From assembly GCF_000009705.1 (NCBI RefSeq), contig NC_003272.1:2520001-2552000 (forward strand): DNA of 32,000 nucleotides, in the 5' to 3' direction. Shown here piece by piece: positions 17,166-23,335 of this stretch (position 1 is its first letter; each line of letters opens with the position of its first letter). The notes beneath the pieces were generated by a model. It was given only the letters and a program-made list of their open reading frames with translations. It ran no database searches and was not told the DNA's origin. The DNA is from Nostoc sp. PCC 7120 = FACHB-418. GTDB lineage: Bacteria; Cyanobacteriota; Cyanobacteriia; Cyanobacteriales; Nostocaceae. The translations under genes were made by a program, and so were the position numbers.

Positions 17166-17170
17166 TTCCT

Positions 17171-17791
17171 ATGGATTGTCACAAATGTAAATCTCAGGGT
17201 AAATCTTGTAAAAAGCGATCGCCTAAATCGTTATTTTTTCCCAAAAATCAGCAACCATTTACTCAGGACGTTTCCCACAATCCCCAAATTGCTTTGGTAG
17301 GAATGCCCAATGTTGGTAAGAGTGTGTTGTTCAATACACTGACGGGAATTTATGTCACAGTCTCTAATTACCCTGGCACAACTGTAGAAGTAAGTCGTGG
17401 GCTGGCGCAGATTGGGGAACAAAGCATCACAGTCATTGATACACCAGGAATGTATTCACTACTACCCATTAGTGAAGAAGAAAAAGTTGCCAGAGATTTA
17501 TTGCTTCTAGAACCTGTAGCGGCTGTGGTTCATGTGGTAGATGCGAAGAACTTGGGAAGAATGCTGCCTTTGACTTTTCAATTGATAGAAGCTGGTCTGC
17601 CGATTTTACTCGCCGTCAACATGATGGATGAAGCCCATCGTTGGGGGTTGGATTTACAACCAGACTTACTGGAGATGGAATTAGGGATTCCAGTAGTTTG
17701 TATGGCGGCTGCTTTGAACCAAGGTATAGATGAATTGCGACACAGGATAGCCTCACTCCTCCCAGTTCAGGTTGCCATGATACCAGCGTAA
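17171..17791 (+). CDS. feoB: FeoB N-terminal GTPase (G) domain as a stand-alone ORF, with a Cys/Lys-rich N-terminal extension
   Basis: G1 GMPNVGKS, G2 region YPGTTVE, G3 DTPG, G4 NMMD. The ORF ends shortly after the G5 region (MAAALNQGIDEL). Confidence 0.85.
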   Translation: MDCHKCKSQGKSCKKRSPKSLFFPKNQQPFTQDVSHNPQIALVGMPNVGKSVLFNTLTGIYVTVSNYPGTTVEVSRGLAQIGEQSITVIDTPGMYSLLPISEEEKVARDLLLLEPVAAVVHVVDAKNLGRMLPLTFQLIEAGLPILLAVNMMDEAHRWGLDLQPDLLEMELGIPVVCMAAALNQGIDELRHRIASLLPVQVAMIPA

Positions 17792-17795
17792 TACC

Positions 17796-17827
17796 AATTC
17801 AAAATTCAAAATTCAAAATTCAAAATT
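17796..17827. repeat. Heptamer array AATTCAA x4.6
   Basis: Units at 17796, 17803, 17810 and 17817, plus a partial unit. The array starts 5 nt after the G-domain ORF stop. Confidence 0.9.
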
Positions 17828-17918
17828 AGGGAAGCCAAACAGAATAAGGGTTTTAGATTGTGTATCTGTCGCATTTTTTTCAAATTGGCGTAAGTATTTG
17901 AGATCAGGAGAAAAGGGC

Positions 17919-19382
17919 ATGATTAGCCAAGTTATCTATCCAGAACCAATTGAAGCAGCGATCGCTCAATTAGAATCGTGGTGGCAGACATTGGGGAATC
18001 GCTATTTATTTCATAATTACTCACTATCACCTCGTAGCCTGGCTTTATTACTGTTACAGAAAGACCCAGGATTATGGCAAATATTACAACAAGACCAAGA
18101 ACAGTGTCGTCATCTGGAAGTTTTGATTACTGTTACCCAAAATCAACTTCATCAGCCTTTGGGACTAGCGATCGCCAATACTCGTCAAAGTCAGGCTCGG
18201 ACAATAGAAAGAGCAGTTTTGCATGAAGCCAGAGAAGCGCGATCGTCAATTACAGAAACAATCCACAAACTCACAGTCAATCCTATTACTGGCTTCCCTA
18301 TTCTTGTCGTTATTCTTTATTACGGAGTTTACAAATTTGTCGGTGAATTTGGTGCAGGGGAACTAGTGGATCGCATCGAAAGCTTTTTTGAATCACAAAT
18401 TAACCCATTAGTCAACCAAGTCACGGCACAAATCATTCCCTGGCGACCAATTCAAGACTTGATTGCTCATGACTATGGCATTATCACCTTGGGAATCCGT
18501 TATGCTACAGCGATCGTTTTACCTGTAGTTGCCACTTACTTCTTGATGTTCTCGTTACTAGAAGATAGCGGCTATCTCCCACGTTTATCTTTGATGCTGG
18601 ATCGCTTATTCAAATCCGTTGGTTTATCTGGTCGTGCGGTAATTCCGATGGTATTGGGCTTGGGGTGCGACACAATGGCAACAATAGTCACCCGCACCTT
18701 AGAAACCAGACGTGAACGATTAATTGCCACCTTTTTACTTTCCCTAGCCATACCTTGTGCAGCACAGTGGGGTGTAATTGTAGGACTACTGGCTCAAAAA
18801 CCAGCCGCCTTAATATTTTGGGGAGGCTTTATCACCGCCATCTTCCTAGTAGTTGGGTATCTCACCGCCAGATTGTTACCTGGGACTTCCGGCAGGTTTT
18901 ACATGGAAATTCCCCCTTTACGTTTGCCCAAATTACGGAATGTGTTCACCAAAACCTGGGTGCGGATGAAGTGGTATTTCTTAGAGGTATTACCCTTGTT
19001 TATCTGGGCATCTGTGTTGATTTGGGTGGGACGTTTAACCGGATTATTTGACGTAATTATTCGTGCAATTGAACCTCTCACCTTGGCTTTAGGAATGCCA
19101 AAACAAGCAGCGCCCATATTTCTCTATGGCTTCTTCCGTCGAGATTATGGTGCAGCCGGACTGTTTGATTTGCAGCAACAGGGAAGCTTGACAGGTAATC
19201 AATTAGTGATAGCTGCGATCGTTCTGACTTTATTTTTACCTTGTATTGCCCAATTGCAAATGCTGATTAAGGAACGGGGAACTAAAACTACTTTGGCAAT
19301 AGTACTGTTTATTTTTCCCTTCGCCTTCCTCATGGGATATGTCGTCAACCTCGGCTTAATATTATTCGGAGTGAACTTTTAA
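17919..19382 (+). CDS. feoB: FeoB helical (GDI-like) domain plus membrane permease domain as a separate ORF
   Basis: Begins MISQVIYPEPIEAAIAQLE, which is the segment that follows the G domain in intact FeoB. Polytopic gate/nucleoside-recognition-type region follows (GRAVIPMVLGLGCDTMA). AGGAG at 17906-17910 precedes the ATG at 17919. The track start at 17898 is a TTG. Confidence 0.85.
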   Translation: MISQVIYPEPIEAAIAQLESWWQTLGNRYLFHNYSLSPRSLALLLLQKDPGLWQILQQDQEQCRHLEVLITVTQNQLHQPLGLAIANTRQSQARTIERAVLHEAREARSSITETIHKLTVNPITGFPILVVILYYGVYKFVGEFGAGELVDRIESFFESQINPLVNQVTAQIIPWRPIQDLIAHDYGIITLGIRYATAIVLPVVATYFLMFSLLEDSGYLPRLSLMLDRLFKSVGLSGRAVIPMVLGLGCDTMATIVTRTLETRRERLIATFLLSLAIPCAAQWGVIVGLLAQKPAALIFWGGFITAIFLVVGYLTARLLPGTSGRFYMEIPPLRLPKLRNVFTKTWVRMKWYFLEVLPLFIWASVLIWVGRLTGLFDVIIRAIEPLTLALGMPKQAAPIFLYGFFRRDYGAAGLFDLQQQGSLTGNQLVIAAIVLTLFLPCIAQLQMLIKERGTKTTLAIVLFIFPFAFLMGYVVNLGLILFGVNF

Positions 19383-19383
19383 T

Positions 19384-19608
19384 ATGAACGCCTTATCAAC
19401 AGTTAAAGTCGGTCAACCACAAACGGTAGTAAGTTTACGAACTCAAGATCAGGCCGTACTACAAAAGCTGATGGCATTCGGGATTTTACCAGGGAGCAAG
19501 TTGGTGCTAGAGCAACGCTTTCCATCCTATATCATCATGGTTGGCAGAACCCGCACCGCCTTGGATCGAGAAACAGCACAATGTATTTTTGTGGAATCTC
19601 GCAATTGA
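19384..19608 (+). CDS. feoA: FeoA-family small SH3-like protein
   Basis: 74 aa with VGQPQTVVSL...LQKLMAFGILPGSKLVLEQ. The ATG lies 1 nt after the feoB stop. Confidence 0.8.
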   Translation: MNALSTVKVGQPQTVVSLRTQDQAVLQKLMAFGILPGSKLVLEQRFPSYIIMVGRTRTALDRETAQCIFVESRN

Positions 19609-20601
19609 TTACTTTTGAGCAACCTTGATCGCAGATGTCTGTTCTGCTGATGATCTTACAGTGTCAGCTCGTAAAGCGCGGAACATCCCAAATCTACAGA
19701 GTCCTGTACCGAATGCCAGCCTCATCAGTAGTAGGGTAGGCACTTCTCGCAGAGATTTAATGAAACCAGATAGACCAAAACGCACTAATCCTTCTGGTCT
19801 AACTATTCCTTGCCAGATAGAATCAAGCCAAGAGGGGAGTGTTTGTTTCGTCCAGTCTGCGGTGATTACCTCCCCTTCTACTAATCCCGTCGCTGCCAAA
19901 AGCTCAGAAAAGCCTTCGATGCTGGAAAAAGCTGGATGAGACCACTGATCTAGTAGTTGCTGCATTACTGGTTTCTCCCAAAAATTGAGGGGTTTTTGGC
20001 GATCGTCTCGCTGATTCCAGTCGGCTAAAACCATGATTCCACCAGGCTTTAGTACCCGCATCAATTCTTTGGCAAAAATGGCTTTATCTGGCATATGTGG
20101 GCCAGCTTCAATTGACCAAACTACATCAAAACTATTATCTGGGAAGGAAAGCGCCATTGCATCATCCACCAAAAACTGTGCATTCAGTTCCTGTGGTGTT
20201 AACTCTTGAGCGCGTTGGACTTGTTGGGGGCTGATGGTGATACCTGTAACGGCAAATCCATAATCCCGTGCCAAAATGCGACTACTACCCCCAATTCCAC
20301 AACCAACATCTAACAAGGTAGTACCAGGGGGTAGTTTATCCAAACCACCCCAACGCACCATTTCATGGACAAAATCAGATTTAGCCACCAGAAAATCCTT
20401 TCTTTGAGGTGGCGAACCATAATGACCTAAATGGATATGTTCGCCCCAGTAAAACTCTAAAATACCGTCTTCAGTCCACTGGTCGTAGGAATTGGCTACG
20501 GAGTTAGATGATTGATAACGTCTAGCAGTAATGAGATATAACGCGATCCCTGCTGTCAATAGCGTTAAGAAAAATACCAGTGTAGAAAACAACCAACTCA
20601 T
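19609..20601 (-). CDS. MPBQ/MSBQ methyltransferase (Sll0418 / VTE3-type; tocopherol and plastoquinone pathway)
   Basis: N-terminal TM segment, then YDQWTEDGILEFYWGEHIHLGHYG, the SAM motif LDVGCGIGGSS, and ADWNQRDDRQKPLNFWEKP. It is collinear with my recollection of Synechocystis Sll0418 and differs from the gamma-TMT type. Confidence 0.75.
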   Translation of the reverse strand: MSWLFSTLVFFLTLLTAGIALYLITARRYQSSNSVANSYDQWTEDGILEFYWGEHIHLGHYGSPPQRKDFLVAKSDFVHEMVRWGGLDKLPPGTTLLDVGCGIGGSSRILARDYGFAVTGITISPQQVQRAQELTPQELNAQFLVDDAMALSFPDNSFDVVWSIEAGPHMPDKAIFAKELMRVLKPGGIMVLADWNQRDDRQKPLNFWEKPVMQQLLDQWSHPAFSSIEGFSELLAATGLVEGEVITADWTKQTLPSWLDSIWQGIVRPEGLVRFGLSGFIKSLREVPTLLLMRLAFGTGLCRFGMFRALRADTVRSSAEQTSAIKVAQK

Positions 20602-20696
20602 GAAAATAGAGCCTTAATATTTATATACAATTTTATCCCATTACTTTCTTCCTAGACTTTAACTATTAACATCTACCTCATTACTTAGAATTGTAC

Positions 20697-20721
20697 GTAG
20701 GGTGGGCATTGCCCACCCTAC
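20697..20721. repeat. Perfect hairpin GTAGGGTGGGC-ATT-GCCCACCCTAC
   Basis: 11-bp GC-rich stem verified. It lies in a divergent promoter region, so it is not a terminator. It resembles dispersed palindromic repeats of Nostocales. Confidence 0.7.
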
Positions 20722-20871
20722 AGATACTGAGAATTTTACGCGCAAGCGCAGGCTACGGCAACAGAAATCAAATCGGATTCCTATATATGTTTTCCCTGTT
20801 AGTTATAGCTAGAAACACACTTAAGACGGGAATAATAAAGTGTCTGTACATACTAAATAGTTAGAAATACA

Positions 20872-21480
20872 ATGCAACCCCAAAGTACTGCTGTGATCTT
20901 GATTGGTTATCAAAATGACTACTTTGCAGCCGATGGTATTCTACATAATGTCATTGAGGAATCCTCAAGAGCCACCAAAGTATTAGAAAACACGGTTGAG
21001 CTTGTAGGATGTTTGCTACAGATTCCAGTATTGATGATTGCCACACCGATTTTTTTTACGCCAAACTACCAGGAATTGGTTGAACCTGTTGGCATTCTTA
21101 AAACTATCAAAGAAGTTGGGGCTTTTCAAGCTGATACGAAGGGATCGCAGATGATTGATGAGTTGCTACCCTTTTGCAGCAAAATTCTCGAAGTTCCTGG
21201 AAAACGAGGATTTAATGCTTTCATGAATACTAACTTAGACATGATTCTCCATGAAAAAGAGATTACTCATGTAGTTATAGCTGGTGCAGTCACTTCGGTT
21301 TGTATCGATTCTACAGGTCGTTCTGCTCATGAAAAAGGTTACCAGGTGGTTATTTTGTCTGATTGCACTTCTGCTCGCACGGTGTTTGAGCAAGAATTCT
21401 ACCACACTCATGTCTTCCCCTTATACGCCGATACAATTAACCACACCGAGCTACTTCAGCGTTTGACGAGTACAGTATAA
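20872..21480 (+). CDS. Isochorismatase-family cysteine hydrolase
   Basis: AVILIGYQNDY at the N-terminus, PGKRGFNAF, and the nucleophile region IAGAVTSVCIDSTGRSA. Confidence 0.8.
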   Translation: MQPQSTAVILIGYQNDYFAADGILHNVIEESSRATKVLENTVELVGCLLQIPVLMIATPIFFTPNYQELVEPVGILKTIKEVGAFQADTKGSQMIDELLPFCSKILEVPGKRGFNAFMNTNLDMILHEKEITHVVIAGAVTSVCIDSTGRSAHEKGYQVVILSDCTSARTVFEQEFYHTHVFPLYADTINHTELLQRLTSTV

Positions 21481-22862
21481 TGTCAGATTTTAGCAATGAA
21501 TTGCATACACAGATTCAGTACAGTTTGATTGAGAAATTGTCTGAATCCGAACGGCGTTACCGGGAATTAGTGGATAGTCTGCGCGAAATTGTGTTTAAAT
21601 GCGATCGCTTGGGTAATCTCAATTTCCTCAACCGAGCCTGGACAAATACCCTTGGTTATGGGATAACAGATGCCATCGGTAGTGCTTTAAGCAATTTCAT
21701 TGACTTGGATGATCAGTACTTGTGGTCAGAAACTCTAGAAAAATTACAAACCGGAGTAGAGGTTTGTCAAAAACTCCGCTTTTACCATCAAACTGGTGCA
21801 ATTGTTTGGTTGGAACTATCTGCTCAACCTCAAAGTGAAACAGAATTCTCTGGCTCACTGATCAATATTACTGATGTCTACGACGAGCTTCGCTTACGCA
21901 AACACGCAGAAGGATTACTGAAGCAAACAAATGAGGAATTGGAAGCTAGGGTAGAACAACGAAATATTGAGCTAATTCAAGCTAATCACGACCTAAAAGT
22001 TACCCTTGATAAACTCAAATATACTCAGGCTCAACTGGTGCAAACTGAAAAAATGTCGAGTTTGGGGCAATTAGTTGCAGGGATTGCTCACGAAATTAAT
22101 AATCCAGTTAACTTTATTTATGCTAATCTCACCCATGCATCTGAATATACACAAGTCTTATTAAAAATCTTACAACTTTACCAGCAAACCTATCCAGTTC
22201 CCTCGCTGCACATTCAAAAAGCAATAGTAACCTGGGATTTGGACTTTATTAAAAAAGATTTGGGTAAGGTACTGGAGTCGATGCAAGTTGGCAGCGAACG
22301 CATTAGAGAAATTGTGCTGTTACTGCGAAATTTTTCTCGGTTGGATGAAGCAGAAATCAAAATTGTTGATATTCACGCAGGTATCAATCACACAATCACG
22401 TTTCTGCATCACCGCCTTCAAAATGAGTCTGCAAATAGGGTAATTCAAATAATTAAAAACTATGGATTAATTCCCCAGGTAAAGTGCTATCCCGCGCACC
22501 TAAATCAAGTATTCATGAATATTTTAAATAATGCAATTTATGCTTTAGACGAGAAAATTACTGATTTCTCAATTATTCACAGTCCTCAATCTCAACCCTT
22601 CGTTCCTACTATTTGGATTAAGACTGAGATCGTTGATGAAACTTGGCTTAATATTTGCATTAAAAACAATGGTGGGGGTATTCACGAATCGGTAATTTCC
22701 AAAATATTTGATCCGTTCTTTACAACAAAACCTGTTGGTAAGGGAACTGGACTTGGTTTATTTATTAGTTATCAGATTGTAGTAGAAATGCACCAAGGTA
22801 ACTTAATATGTAACTCCAAAACAAGCCAAGAAACGGAATTTTGCATCCAAATTCCCATCTAA
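21480..22862 (+). CDS. PAS-domain sensor histidine kinase (cytoplasmic, no receiver)
   Basis: PAS-like RYRELVDSLREIVFKCDRLGNLNFLNRAWTNTLGY, H-box GIAHEINNPVNF, N-box NILNNAIYAL, G1 IKNNGGGI, G2 GKGTGLGL. The ATG overlaps the upstream TAA (TAATG). Confidence 0.85.
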   Translation: MSDFSNELHTQIQYSLIEKLSESERRYRELVDSLREIVFKCDRLGNLNFLNRAWTNTLGYGITDAIGSALSNFIDLDDQYLWSETLEKLQTGVEVCQKLRFYHQTGAIVWLELSAQPQSETEFSGSLINITDVYDELRLRKHAEGLLKQTNEELEARVEQRNIELIQANHDLKVTLDKLKYTQAQLVQTEKMSSLGQLVAGIAHEINNPVNFIYANLTHASEYTQVLLKILQLYQQTYPVPSLHIQKAIVTWDLDFIKKDLGKVLESMQVGSERIREIVLLLRNFSRLDEAEIKIVDIHAGINHTITFLHHRLQNESANRVIQIIKNYGLIPQVKCYPAHLNQVFMNILNNAIYALDEKITDFSIIHSPQSQPFVPTIWIKTEIVDETWLNICIKNNGGGIHESVISKIFDPFFTTKPVGKGTGLGLFISYQIVVEMHQGNLICNSKTSQETEFCIQIPI

Positions 22863-23170
22863 TAGAACTATTGCCTTTAAAAGGTTGACTAATGCTTATG
22901 TCTTGTTTGCTATGCACCATTGTTTGATTAGCATATACGTGAAATGGCTTGTCGCTAGACCGCATCATCTCCGCCCAGGCCACAGCCTCACCATCCGGCG
23001 TATACACGACCTCACCCAACATCTCAATCACAATCCTGTTTTTCCTCGCCCACTCAAACCAAGCGAACGCTCCAGACCTAGCCTGAGCCTGTGTGGACTC
23101 CGGCTTCCTACCTTCCTTTCTGCGCCACCCTGCGGGTGCGGGTAGCCGCAAAGCGTCTAATGTGTGATAA

Positions 23171-23310
23171 ACATCATCCCAATATGGTTCGGATAAGCTC
23201 TTGAAGCAGAGGAGGTAGGGGAGGAAAGGAGGTTATTTTCATAATTTTTCTCTTCCCCTGCCTGCCTTAACCCAGAAATCCCTTAACCGAACCGTATTGG
23301 ACATCATCCC
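23171..23310. mobile_element. MITE-like element: 14-bp terminal inverted repeats (CCAATATGGTTCGG / CCGAACCGTATTGG, 1 mismatch) flanked by the direct repeat ACATCATCCC
   Basis: TIRs at 23179-23192 and 23287-23300. Direct repeats at 23171-23180 and 23301-23310. The interior is an imperfect purine/pyrimidine hairpin (AGGTAGGGGAGGA vs TCTTCCCCTGCCT). There is no coding capacity. Confidence 0.6.
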
Positions 23311-23335
23311 GCATTTATGCAACGTCGAATTTTGC

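Noticed and set aside
17792-17918. The FeoB split as a simple sequencing frameshift
   Set aside because: The gap is 127 nt with a repeat array, several stops and a new Shine-Dalgarno plus ATG. No single indel would restore one frame. Re-sequencing is still worthwhile.
22885-23145. 86-aa plus-strand ORF
   Set aside because: This is Pro/Arg/Leu/Ser-rich read-through of a C-rich patch with no start context. It looks like a shadow frame.
22765-23151. 128-aa minus-strand ORF called as a gene
   Set aside because: It has only a TTG at its head and would overlap the convergent kinase 3-prime end by about 100 nt. I recognise no family. I kept it only as a compositional anomaly in the findings.
23179-23300. 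Resemblance of the MITE-like termini (GAACCGTAT / ATATGGTTC) to the two halves of group II intron domain V
   Set aside because: The halves are about 95 nt apart rather than about 14 nt. No other intron domains or reverse-transcriptase ORF are present.
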